DNA of 64,000 nucleotides, taken from Myxococcales bacterium. Lineage in GTDB: Bacteria; Myxococcota_A; Polyangia; Nannocystales; Nannocystaceae. Shown here one piece after another: positions 52,100 to 62,718 of the stretch. Made by a program: the position numbers and the translations under genes. Every line of letters begins with the position of its first letter. The stretch's first letter is position 1. The stretch lies in contig JACKDW010000001.1 in the NCBI GenBank assembly GCA_020633295.1, forward strand, positions 1,213,828 to 1,277,827, written 5' to 3'. Below the pieces are notes generated by a model. The model saw nothing but the letters and a program-made list of their open reading frames with translations. It was not told the origin of the DNA and ran no database searches.

Positions 52100-52124
52100 C
52101 GTGCGCCAGCTCCTTCCAAGCGCT

Positions 52125-52153
52125 TTGACAGGTAAAACCGGAATTGGTACTCG
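52125..52153 (+). promoter_or_regulatory. Candidate promoter in the divergent intergenic region (perfect TTGACA -35; weak -10)
   Basis: TTGACA at 52125-52130 in a lower-GC stretch between the divergent start codons 52099 (-) and 52240 (+). The -10 is unconvincing. Confidence 0.2.
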
Positions 52154-52239
52154 TTTTCGGGCCCTCGCGGTACAGCGCACAGTCCGCTCGCTTCCCCTTC
52201 GGGAAGCGTTTTTGTCTTTTTGTGCGCGCAGGAGCATGC

Positions 52240-53127
52240 ATGTCCAGTCAACCCGCCGAACCGGCTCAGGACGAGGCGCCCCCGTCCGTCGAAGAGATTT
52301 ACTACCGCAAAGGTGATATCGACTTCTGCTTCTTGCTCAACCGGCGTCACCAGAACCTGCGCGTGTTCGATTATCGCGTCGGAAACTACCAGCAGAAGCG
52401 CGACTTCTTCGATCGTATCGCCCGCGCCGAGGGCCTGCGCAAGGTCTTCACCGTCGTCGAGAAGCAGGACTCCAAGAGCTGGCGCAGCGTCGGCTTCTCG
52501 CGAGAGGGCGCGATCCCCGGGTACTTCCGGACGGCCGACGCCTACGTCATGAGCCGCGTCTACACCGAGGACGGTGAGCCGATTCAGGGCGGCGCCCCCA
52601 AGCTCAACGCGCCGAGCGTCTCCGCCAAAGAGAAGACCTCGAGCAAGCCGCGCGGCCTCAACACCGAGCTGGTCGAGAGCACCGAGCGCCTCGCCGCGAT
52701 CACGGAGGAGCTGGCCGAGGTCTGCCTCTACGCGCCGTTCCGCCGCGGCATCTTCCACCCGGATGTCGCGCTCCACGCGCGCCACAACAAGAACAGCTAC
52801 TGGGTCGGCGCCGAGACCGACAGCTCCTTCGGCCACGCCAAGCTCGACTACCTGACGCCGCCCAAGACCGAGGCCCAGCTGCCGGCGCTCGAATTCATGA
52901 TGAGCTCCCTGCTCGACGAGCTCGCCCGACGCGAGACCGCGAGCGTGTTCTCGCTCGTCCCCGCCGACTGGACCCTGACGGCCCAGCTCTACAACGCGCT
53001 CGGCTTCAAGGTCTCCGCGCGCCTCACCGACCACGTAGTCCGCGACGACGGCTTCGTCGGCGCGCAGCTGTGGCACCGTCGCCTGTCCACGGCCGCCGCC
53101 CCGCGGCTCTCGAGCATCCTCGGCTAG
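52240..53127 (+). CDS. Hypothetical protein (possibly an acyltransferase-like fold)
   Basis: ATG 52240 with GGAG 5 nt upstream. Protein-like composition (MSSQPAEPAQDEAPPSVEEIYYRKGDIDF...). Confidence 0.55.
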   Translation: MSSQPAEPAQDEAPPSVEEIYYRKGDIDFCFLLNRRHQNLRVFDYRVGNYQQKRDFFDRIARAEGLRKVFTVVEKQDSKSWRSVGFSREGAIPGYFRTADAYVMSRVYTEDGEPIQGGAPKLNAPSVSAKEKTSSKPRGLNTELVESTERLAAITEELAEVCLYAPFRRGIFHPDVALHARHNKNSYWVGAETDSSFGHAKLDYLTPPKTEAQLPALEFMMSSLLDELARRETASVFSLVPADWTLTAQLYNALGFKVSARLTDHVVRDDGFVGAQLWHRRLSTAAAPRLSSILG

Positions 53128-53380
53128 CGCGGAGGGACCCACGGCGCCGCGAGCTCCGCTCGCGGCGTTGTGCAATTCCTCAATCTGTTTTCTCACGCGA
53201 TCACGCGCGAGCGCGCCGGAACCTCGCCCCTTGACGCACACCGGGGCCTCCTTAAGTTCCGAACGCGAGTCCGCGCTGATTCGGTCGCCCCGCGCGATCG
53301 CGCTGCGGCTCGCGCCCACAACAACTGAATTTCGCGGCCAGGCGCCGCACGATCACGACATCCAACGACGGAGCTTTCTC

Positions 53381-55312
<1,932 letters not shown>

Positions 55313-55454
55313 TCCCGATCGCGCGCCGCGTCGCGCCGGGGGCTCGGACAGCACCGAGTCTCCGGCGTCTCGCTTGGAGCGCGGCCCGGCGCGCGCGCGC
55401 GCGCGTCGACCTCGGGTGGACGAGCCCTCGATCGGCGCGGTAGGACAGCCCGAC

Positions 55455-56600
55455 ATGAGCGTCGGGATCCTGACCAGCGGAGGAGATGCGCCAGGCATGA
55501 ACGCGGCGGTGCGCGCCGTGTTCCGCTCGATCAAGATGCGCGAGCCGGCGCGCGAGATCGTGTTCTTCCGCGGCGGCTTCCGCGGGCTCGCGCGCAAGCT
55601 CGACTCGTCGACCGAGCGCAACGTCCAGCGTCAGGAGACCCGCGGGATCATCCACCGCGGCGGCACCTTCCTCGGCACCGGGCGCGTGCCCGAACTCAAG
55701 GTCACGCGCGAGGACGCGCCTGACCGCGTCGCCCGGCTCGCGGCGCAGGAGTCGTTCTTGCGGGTCGCGGCCGTCAACCTGTTCCAGATGGAGGTGAGCG
55801 ACCTGGTCGTCATCGGCGGCGACGGCTCGTTCGCCGGCGCGCGGCTGATCGCCCGACACTTCCGCGAGATGTTCCCCGATCGCCCGTTCCGCGTGCTCGG
55901 GCTCCCCGGCACGATCGACAACGACATCTGGGGCACGGACTACTCGATCGGCTTCGACACCGCGCTCAACAACGTGGTCGACGCGATCCGCAAGATCCGC
56001 GACACGGTCGAGTCGCACAAGCGCGTCATCATCCTCGAGGTCATGGGCAACACCTCGGGCTGGCTCGCGCTGCAGTCGGCGATCGCGGGCGGCGCCTCGG
56101 TCGTGGCGATCCCCGAGGTGCCCGCGAGCCACGACCACGAGCACATCGTGCGCAGGCTGATCAGCGGCTTCGAACGCGACTACCGCTACTTCATCATCGT
56201 CTACGCGGAGGGCGTGGCCAAGCAGCACGGCGAGGGCTGGGCCCAGCAGCTCCGGCGGCGCATCGAGTCGAACGCCACGCTCGTGCGCCTGCACGGCGGC
56301 ACGCCGATGGAGGTCCGGCTCAACTCGATCGGGCACCTCGCCCGCGGCGGCAGCCCGAGCGCGCTCGACAACACGCTCGCGGGCCTGCTCGGCACCGCCG
56401 CCGCCGACGTGATCTTGGACGGCCGGCTGCCGGACGACGCGCCGGTCGACGGCGACGTCATGGTCGGCTGCGCCGGCCCGCGCCCGGTGGTGCACTCGCT
56501 CGACGAGGTCATCGCTCGCTCGCCGCGCCTCGTGACCGAGGACAGCCCGCTGTACCGGATCGCGCAGAACCTCATGCTCAGCGCGGATCAGCCGTTCTGA
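55455..56600 (+). CDS. pfkA: 6-phosphofructokinase
   Basis: ATG 55455. MSVGILTSGGDAPGMNAAVRAV, GGDGSF, and LPGTIDNDI motifs. Confidence 0.9.
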   Translation: MSVGILTSGGDAPGMNAAVRAVFRSIKMREPAREIVFFRGGFRGLARKLDSSTERNVQRQETRGIIHRGGTFLGTGRVPELKVTREDAPDRVARLAAQESFLRVAAVNLFQMEVSDLVVIGGDGSFAGARLIARHFREMFPDRPFRVLGLPGTIDNDIWGTDYSIGFDTALNNVVDAIRKIRDTVESHKRVIILEVMGNTSGWLALQSAIAGGASVVAIPEVPASHDHEHIVRRLISGFERDYRYFIIVYAEGVAKQHGEGWAQQLRRRIESNATLVRLHGGTPMEVRLNSIGHLARGGSPSALDNTLAGLLGTAAADVILDGRLPDDAPVDGDVMVGCAGPRPVVHSLDEVIARSPRLVTEDSPLYRIAQNLMLSADQPF

Positions 56601-56651
56601 CGCGGCGCGCCGACGAGCGACGCCCGCGTCGGCGCGCTACACTGCGGATCG

Positions 56652-57542
56652 ATGCAATTCGCCTCCGCCGCCGGGATCGACCTCTGCTACGAGACCTTCG
56701 GGGACCGGTCGAACCCGCCGCTGCTGCTGATCATGGGCCTCGGCTGCCAGCTCGTGCACTGGCCCGAGCCGCTCTGTCAGCGGCTCGCTGAACATGGCTT
56801 TTGGGTCATTCGATTCGACAACCGCGACGTCGGCCTGAGCAGCAAGCTCGACCACCTCGGGGTGCCCAACGTGCCGCGCCTCGTGCTGCGCAAGCGCCTC
56901 GGCCTCTCGCTCTCGGTGCCCTACCAGCTGCGCGACCTCGCCGACGACGCGTTCCACCTGCTCGACGCGCTCGGGATCCGGCGCGCGCACATCGTCGGCG
57001 TGTCGATGGGCGGCATGATCGCGCAGCTGATGACGCTGCGGCGGCCCGAGCGCGTGCTCAGCCTGTGCTCGTGGATGTCGACGACCGGCGACCCGCGGGT
57101 CGGGCGGCCGTCGACGAGGGCGATGCGCGCGCTGCTGCAGAAGCCGCCGCGCGTGCGCGCGGCGCTGCCGGATCACGCGGTCGCGGTCTTTCGCGTGATC
57201 GGCAGCCGCGGCGCGCTGCTCGACGAGCAGCGCGTGCGCGAGACGTCCCTCGTCGCCTTCGATCGCTCGCCCTATCGCCTCGGCTTCGCGCGCCAGCTCG
57301 CGGCCGCCCTCGCGGCGCCGCCGCGCGACGCGGCGCTCGCCCGCGTGCGCGCGCCGACGCTCGTGCTGCACGGACGCGCCGACGCGCTCATCAACTCCTC
57401 CGGCGGCGTGGCCACGGCGTCGGCGATCCCGGGCGCCGAGCTGCGCCTGTTCGACGACGTCGGTCACGACATCCCGCGGCCGCTGTGGCCCGAGTTCGCC
57501 GCGGCGATCGCGGGCAACTCGCGCAGGGCCGCCGCCGACTGA
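56652..57542 (+). CDS. Alpha/beta-hydrolase fold protein
   Basis: ATG 56652. Nucleophile elbow HIVGVSMGGMIAQ and C-terminal His region FDDVGHD. Confidence 0.8.
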   Translation: MQFASAAGIDLCYETFGDRSNPPLLLIMGLGCQLVHWPEPLCQRLAEHGFWVIRFDNRDVGLSSKLDHLGVPNVPRLVLRKRLGLSLSVPYQLRDLADDAFHLLDALGIRRAHIVGVSMGGMIAQLMTLRRPERVLSLCSWMSTTGDPRVGRPSTRAMRALLQKPPRVRAALPDHAVAVFRVIGSRGALLDEQRVRETSLVAFDRSPYRLGFARQLAAALAAPPRDAALARVRAPTLVLHGRADALINSSGGVATASAIPGAELRLFDDVGHDIPRPLWPEFAAAIAGNSRRAAAD

Positions 57543-57591
57543 GTTTCCCGCCGCGCAAGCGCGTCCACGCGGGTGCTGCTACGGTGGGGCC

Positions 57592-60045
57592 ATGCGCCGG
57601 GCCCCCGCAGGCGCGGCCGGCGGACCCGCCCGCCGGCGCGGCGAAGACGAGGTTGTCGCCGGTGAGCCGCTCGCGTCATCGCTGCTGGCGCACCTCGGGC
57701 CGACGAACACGGGCAAGACGCACCGCGCGATCACGCGCATGCTCGAGCACCCCACGGGGATGATCGGGCTGCCGCTGCGGCTGCTCGCGCGCGAGGTCTA
57801 CGACCGGGTCACGGCGCAGGTCGGCGAGGCGCTCGTCGCCCTCGTCACGGGCGAGGAGAAGCGCGTCCCGGCGCGCCCGCGCTACTGGGTGTGCACCGTC
57901 GAGTCGATGCCGACGGACCGCGTGGTCGACTTCCTCGCGGTCGACGAGATCCAGCTCGCGGCCCACCGCCAGCGCGGCCACACCTTCACCGAGCGCCTGC
58001 TGCACGCGCGCGGCCGCGTCGAGACCTGGTTCCTCGGCGCCGACACGATGCGCCCGCTGATCGAGCAGCTCACGCCGACCGCGACGCTCGAGCGCCACCC
58101 GCGGCTGTCGCGGCTGCGCTACGCGGGCGCGAGCTCGCTCAGCGGGCTGCCCCCGCGCTCGGCCGTGATCGCGTTCTCGCTCCCCGAGGTGTACGAGCTG
58201 GCGGAGCGCGTGCGCTCGCGCCACGGCGGCGCTGCGGTCGTCCTCGGCGCCCTGTCTCCCAGGACACGTAACGCCCAGGTCGCGATGTACCAGTCCGGCG
58301 AGGTGCAGTACATGGTCGCGACCGACGCGATCGGCATGGGCCTCAACATGGACATCGATCGCGTGGCGCTCGCGTCGCTGCACAAGTATGACGGTCGCGA
58401 GCGGCGCCCGCTCGAGCTGGCCGAGCTCGCGCAGGTCGTCGGGCGCGCGGGTCGCTACACCCGCGACGGGAGCTTCGGCACGCTGACCGAGGTCGGCGGG
58501 CTGCCGCCGCGCGTCGTCACGGCGCTCGAGCGGCACCGCTTCGCGCCCGAGCGCCGGCTCGTGTGGCGCAACCACGCGCTCGACTTCTCCTCCGTCGACG
58601 CGCTCATCGCCAGCCTCAGCGCCCGACCGCGCGACCGCTCGCTGCGCCGAGTCGAGCACGCGGACGACTTCGAGGCGCTCGTGCAGCTGGCCAAGCGACC
58701 CGAGGTCCGCGCGCGCGCGCGCGGACCCGAACGCGTCGCGCTGCTGTGGGACGTGTGCCGGATCCCCGACTTCCGCAAGCTGCTCGAGGGCAGCCACGTC
58801 GGGCTGCTCGCCGCGATCTACGAGCAGCTCTCGGGGCCGCGGCGCGCCCTCGAGACCGACTGGATCGCCGAGCGGATCGCCCGGCTCGACACGATCGAGG
58901 GCGACCTCGACGCGCTGATGAATCGCATCGCGTTCACGCGCACGTGGACGTACGTCTCCAACCACGCGCGCTGGCTCGCGGACGCGCGGCACTGGCAGGA
59001 GCTCACGCGCGCGCTCGAGGATCGCCTGAGCGACGCGCTGCACGAGCGCCTGACGCAGCGCTTCGTCGAGCCCGGCGCGGGCGCGCGTAGGGGACGACGC
59101 GCGCGCCCGCGCTCGCGCGCGCCGCAGACCGACGACACGCACGCGCGCGCGCTCGAGGACGGGCCCGACGACGGCCCGTTCGCGGCCCTGCGCGCGCTCG
59201 GGAGCCTGCTGCCCGACGCGACCGGCGACGGCGACACGACCGACGGCCACGCGCTCCGCGAGCACGAGCTGCACGCGCTCGTCGACGCGGGCCACGAGGC
59301 GTTCACGCTCGACGCGGCGGGGCTCGTGCGCCGCCGCGACGACGATCGCCCGCTCGCCTGGCTCACCGCCGGCGCCCACCTGCTGCGCCCGGAGCTGCGC
59401 GTGCGCGACGAGCTCGCCAGCGCGGGGGGCCGCGCCCGCCTGCACCGGCGCCTGCACGCCTGGACCATCGACGCGATCGGCGAGCTGCTCGAGCCGCTGC
59501 GACGTCCCGCGCCCGACGACGCCAGCCCCGCGCTGCGCGGGCTGCTGTACCAGCTCGAGCAGGGGCTGGGCTGCGTCGGCCGAGCGTCCGCCCGGGCCCA
59601 GCTCGAGCACCTCACCCCGCGCGATCACGACGAGCTGCGCGCCCGCGGCGTGCAGCTCGGCCTGGGCTGGGTCTACCTCCCACGCCTGCTGCGTCCGACC
59701 TGGGTGCGGCGGCGCTTCGCGCTCGCGCTCGCCCACGCCGGGCTGACCTCACCGAGTCGGCCGCGGCTGACCCCGCCTGGACCCGGCGCCGTGTCGCTGG
59801 TGCTCCCGGCCGGCGCCGACGGCCGCGTGTACGAGCGGGCCGGCTTCCCGGTCGTCGGTCCGCGCGCGATTCGAGTCGATCAACTCGAGCGCGCGCGCGC
59901 GGCCCTGGAGACGCGCGCGCAGGAGCCCGACGCGCTGCGGCGCGCGATCTCGGGCTGGCTCGGCACGCCCGGCGCCGAGCTCGACCCGATCCTCGCCGCG
60001 CTCACGGCGAACGGGCGTCGGCGTCGACGTCGGCGGCGCGCGTGA
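57592..60045 (+). CDS. Superfamily-2 ATP-dependent helicase, Suv3-like
   Basis: ATG 57592. Walker A GPTNTGKTH, DEIQ box (AVDEIQLA), and helicase C-terminal motifs (VATDAIGMGLNM, QVVGRAGR). Long Arg/Ala-rich C-terminal extension. Confidence 0.8.
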   Translation: MRRAPAGAAGGPARRRGEDEVVAGEPLASSLLAHLGPTNTGKTHRAITRMLEHPTGMIGLPLRLLAREVYDRVTAQVGEALVALVTGEEKRVPARPRYWVCTVESMPTDRVVDFLAVDEIQLAAHRQRGHTFTERLLHARGRVETWFLGADTMRPLIEQLTPTATLERHPRLSRLRYAGASSLSGLPPRSAVIAFSLPEVYELAERVRSRHGGAAVVLGALSPRTRNAQVAMYQSGEVQYMVATDAIGMGLNMDIDRVALASLHKYDGRERRPLELAELAQVVGRAGRYTRDGSFGTLTEVGGLPPRVVTALERHRFAPERRLVWRNHALDFSSVDALIASLSARPRDRSLRRVEHADDFEALVQLAKRPEVRARARGPERVALLWDVCRIPDFRKLLEGSHVGLLAAIYEQLSGPRRALETDWIAERIARLDTIEGDLDALMNRIAFTRTWTYVSNHARWLADARHWQELTRALEDRLSDALHERLTQRFVEPGAGARRGRRARPRSRAPQTDDTHARALEDGPDDGPFAALRALGSLLPDATGDGDTTDGHALREHELHALVDAGHEAFTLDAAGLVRRRDDDRPLAWLTAGAHLLRPELRVRDELASAGGRARLHRRLHAWTIDAIGELLEPLRRPAPDDASPALRGLLYQLEQGLGCVGRASARAQLEHLTPRDHDELRARGVQLGLGWVYLPRLLRPTWVRRRFALALAHAGLTSPSRPRLTPPGPGAVSLVLPAGADGRVYERAGFPVVGPRAIRVDQLERARAALETRAQEPDALRRAISGWLGTPGAELDPILAALTANGRRRRRRRRA

Positions 60046-60098
60046 CCCGGGCGCGCCTGGCCAACGACCGCGATGACTTCAACCACCTGCTCGATCGC

Positions 60099-60380
60099 TC
60101 ACGCGTGGGCGAAGCCCGGGAACACGGACGCCGTCGGCGTCCGCGGCAGCACCGTCGGAGCCCGCGGCGTCTGCAACACGGCGAGATGTTCACGCAGCGT
60201 GTCGACATCGGGGCGCAGGAGCGTGGCGACCAGCGTGTAGCCGTACACCTCGAGCTCGTCGTCGGGCTCCGCGTGGCACAGCCGCCCGTTGAGCGTCAAC
60301 CAGATCGAGCGATAGCCGTGGAACTGCGCCAGTCCCTCGGCCAGATCCTCAAGCTCGCGCTCCATGTTCACGCCGATCAT
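60099..60380 (-). CDS. Small hypothetical protein (93 aa)
   Basis: ATG (complement) 60378-60380 (MIGVNMERELEDLAEGLAQFHGYRSIWLTLNGRL...). Protein-like, whereas the overlapping + strand ORF 60042..60491 is Arg-rich. Confidence 0.35.
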   Translation of the reverse strand: MIGVNMERELEDLAEGLAQFHGYRSIWLTLNGRLCHAEPDDELEVYGYTLVATLLRPDVDTLREHLAVLQTPRAPTVLPRTPTASVFPGFAHA

Positions 60381-60450
60381 GTCGGCACGGTGGCACGCGG
60401 CCGATCGCCCGCCAAAAAACCGGACGATTTTGCTCGGCGGCGCGCCGACG

Positions 60451-61614
60451 TCATCGACGATCAGCGAGCGCCGCGATCGCGTCGGCCATGATCCGGGCGG
60501 CTTCGAGCATGCGCGGCCCGGGTCGCCCCGAGAACCGCTCGTCCAGGCGATACACACGCCCCTGCCGGGCCGCGTGCAGGGTCTCGAGCCCCGCGCGCGT
60601 GATCAAATTGTTCGGATCGAGCTTGTCCTCGGCCACGCCGCACCACGACACGAAGCAGACGTCGGGCCGCGCCGCGACGAGCTCCGCCGGCGTGACCTGG
60701 ACGCTCGAGCCCTCGCGCCCGCGAAACACGTTGACACCCCCCGCGAGCTCGATGAGCTCATTGCTGTAGCAGTCGGCGCCGGGCGAGAACATCGGGCGTG
60801 GCCACCACTCGAGGTACACGCGGGCCGCCGCCGCGGGCCGCCGCTGCGCGAGCGCCTCGCGTTCGCGCGAAAACGCGGCCCGAGCCGCGTCCGCCGCCCC
60901 GCGCACGCCCAGGCGCACGCCCAGCTCGGCGAGGTTCGCCAGCACATCATCCACGCTGCGGGGCGCGAGCACGACCTGGGGCACACCGCGGCGGCGCAGA
61001 CCGGTGACGACGCGCTCCATCCCGGGGACGCTCAGGGAGGAAACCGCCAGGTCCGGGGCCAATTCTCGGACGCGATCGAGGTTGGGGCCGAGGTCGGGCC
61101 CCAGACGCTCACGCGACCGGATCTCATCCGGCCAATCCGAGGAGTCCTCGCAGGCGATGACCCGATCAAAGCAGCCCAGGCTCGCTACCAGCTCGGCGTT
61201 GGACGGGCACAGCGTGACCAGCCGCCTGGGCGCCGCGTCGTCGGCCGGCGTCGACAGGGCCGACACCTCGAACGCCCCCCGGGCCGTCCATTCGCCACGC
61301 TCGTCCCGCAGGTGCAGCGTCCGGGCGCCGCGGGCCGCGAGCCAGGCCATGGCGGCGAAGCGCACGTCCTCCCCGTCGCGATCGAGCACCGCGCGATCGA
61401 CCACCTGCTCGCCCAGCGAGAACCACGCGCTCGGCGCGGATCTACCTGCGGTTTCGCCCCCGTGCTGGTGAAGATCGAAGACCTCGGCGCGCGGTCGACC
61501 GGCCCAGGACTCCGGGAGCTGCGCCCTTCGCACCGCGCGAAAGTTGCTCGTCTCCCACTGGTGCTCGGGCTTCCGCATGGTCGTCAGGATACTGGAGTGG
61601 ACCACCACGCACAT
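60451..61614 (-). CDS. Class III periplasmic-binding-protein fold (BtuF/FecB-like ABC substrate-binding protein) with an N-terminal extension and no signal peptide
   Basis: PBP-like core LVTLCPSNAELVASLGCFDRVIACEDSSDWPDEI...LAPDLAVSSLSVPGMERVV. ATG candidates at 61614 and 61578; the track start at 61683 is a TTG. Confidence 0.65.
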   Translation of the reverse strand: MCVVVHSSILTTMRKPEHQWETSNFRAVRRAQLPESWAGRPRAEVFDLHQHGGETAGRSAPSAWFSLGEQVVDRAVLDRDGEDVRFAAMAWLAARGARTLHLRDERGEWTARGAFEVSALSTPADDAAPRRLVTLCPSNAELVASLGCFDRVIACEDSSDWPDEIRSRERLGPDLGPNLDRVRELAPDLAVSSLSVPGMERVVTGLRRRGVPQVVLAPRSVDDVLANLAELGVRLGVRGAADAARAAFSREREALAQRRPAAAARVYLEWWPRPMFSPGADCYSNELIELAGGVNVFRGREGSSVQVTPAELVAARPDVCFVSWCGVAEDKLDPNNLITRAGLETLHAARQGRVYRLDERFSGRPGPRMLEAARIMADAIAALADRR

Positions 61615-61772
61615 TGTGCGGCCACCGCGCACACGCAACGCAAGTCCATCGCCGAAACCGGCATCCTGATCCGCTTGCGGCAAATCGCGCGGCGCTTTTC
61701 CGCGACTGGCATGCCCGTTTCGGTTACGATGCGCGCGAAGCCACGCAGCGGCGCGGTCGCTGCCCGGGAGAA

Positions 61773-62618
61773 ATGAAGTTCATGGACATCTCGATCAAGG
61801 AAGCTGCTGACCTCCTCGAAAAAAGCCAACGGACCGTTCGCCACATGGCCCAGACAGGTCGAATTCCGGCCCGCCGGATCGGCTCGCGTTGGCTCATCAA
61901 ACAGGCCGACGCGGAGGCAATCAAGGTGGGCAAGCCGCCGCCCTCGACGCTCGAGTCCGACCCCGAGCCGCCGAGCGAATCCGCCGATCCGAATCCGGCG
62001 GTCGCGGCGGAGGCCCCCCAGCCGCGGCCGCAGCCGCGCCCCGTGGCCGCGCCGCGGGCGAGCTTCACGGTCTCCTTCGACTCCTCGCTGCACCACTCAC
62101 GGCGCAAGCCCAACCACACCGCCGAGACCGTGCGCGACCTCGACAGTTTTACAATCACGGCTGGGATCCTCGCGGAGGTCGCGTTCCTGCGCCACCAGGG
62201 GCCGTGCGACGTGCTGCTCATCGGCGAGATCGAGCGAGCCCTGCGCGGCATCCTCGAGGTCCTCGCAGACGGCCTTCAGCAGAGCCACCCCGGCGCCAAG
62301 ATCGAGCGCTTCCGCCTGGCGCAGACGCGTGCCTGCGGCGCGCTCACGGGCCTCCTCCACTACAACATGGTCTACGCCGAGCCGGACCTCGACCCGATCT
62401 CGGATCGCATCGAGAAGGACCTCCTGCCCGCCCTGCGCGAGCTCATCGACGCCATCGAGAAGCGCGCGCGCTGGCGTGGTCGCGCGATCACGGCCGCCGA
62501 GCAGGCCATCAATCGCATGTTCTCGCAGGTGCGCACCATGGCCGGTGACGGCCGCCTTGGCGACGGACTCTCGACGATTCACAAGAGCCTCAACCGCGCG
62601 CTCGAGGCGGCGCTCTAA
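61773..62618 (+). CDS. Excisionase/Xis-type helix-turn-helix DNA-binding protein with a long C-terminal helical domain
   Basis: ATG 61773, with GGGAG close upstream. HTH ISIKEAADLLEKSQRTVRHMAQTGRIPARRIGSRWLI. Pro-rich linker, then a roughly 170-aa C-terminal domain. Confidence 0.7.
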   Translation: MKFMDISIKEAADLLEKSQRTVRHMAQTGRIPARRIGSRWLIKQADAEAIKVGKPPPSTLESDPEPPSESADPNPAVAAEAPQPRPQPRPVAAPRASFTVSFDSSLHHSRRKPNHTAETVRDLDSFTITAGILAEVAFLRHQGPCDVLLIGEIERALRGILEVLADGLQQSHPGAKIERFRLAQTRACGALTGLLHYNMVYAEPDLDPISDRIEKDLLPALRELIDAIEKRARWRGRAITAAEQAINRMFSQVRTMAGDGRLGDGLSTIHKSLNRALEAAL

Positions 62619-62662
62619 GCACGCCCCCTCGACGTAGACGCAGATTGAATCACCACAATTAC

Positions 62663-62694
62663 AAAACGGCGCGACCTCGGGTCGCGCCGTTTTG
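62663..62694. terminator. Strong bidirectional rho-independent terminator between convergent genes
   Basis: aaaacggcgcgacc tcg ggtcgcgccgtttt: a 10-bp perfect GC stem with a 3-nt loop, flanked by an A-run and a T-run. Confidence 0.7.
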
Positions 62695-62718
62695 CGTTGG
62701 GAGTCTCGGCATCGATGG

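Noticed and set aside
48281-52135. 1284-aa + strand ORF spanning the rnr and PQQ-lipoprotein region
   Set aside because: Antisense to two well-supported minus-strand genes (rnr RNB/S1 motifs, PQQ blades). Composition is Arg/Leu/Ala junk.
60042-60491. 149-aa + strand ORF after the helicase gene
   Set aside because: Arg-rich. The opposite strand encodes a more protein-like small ORF (60099-60380) and the PBP-like gene.
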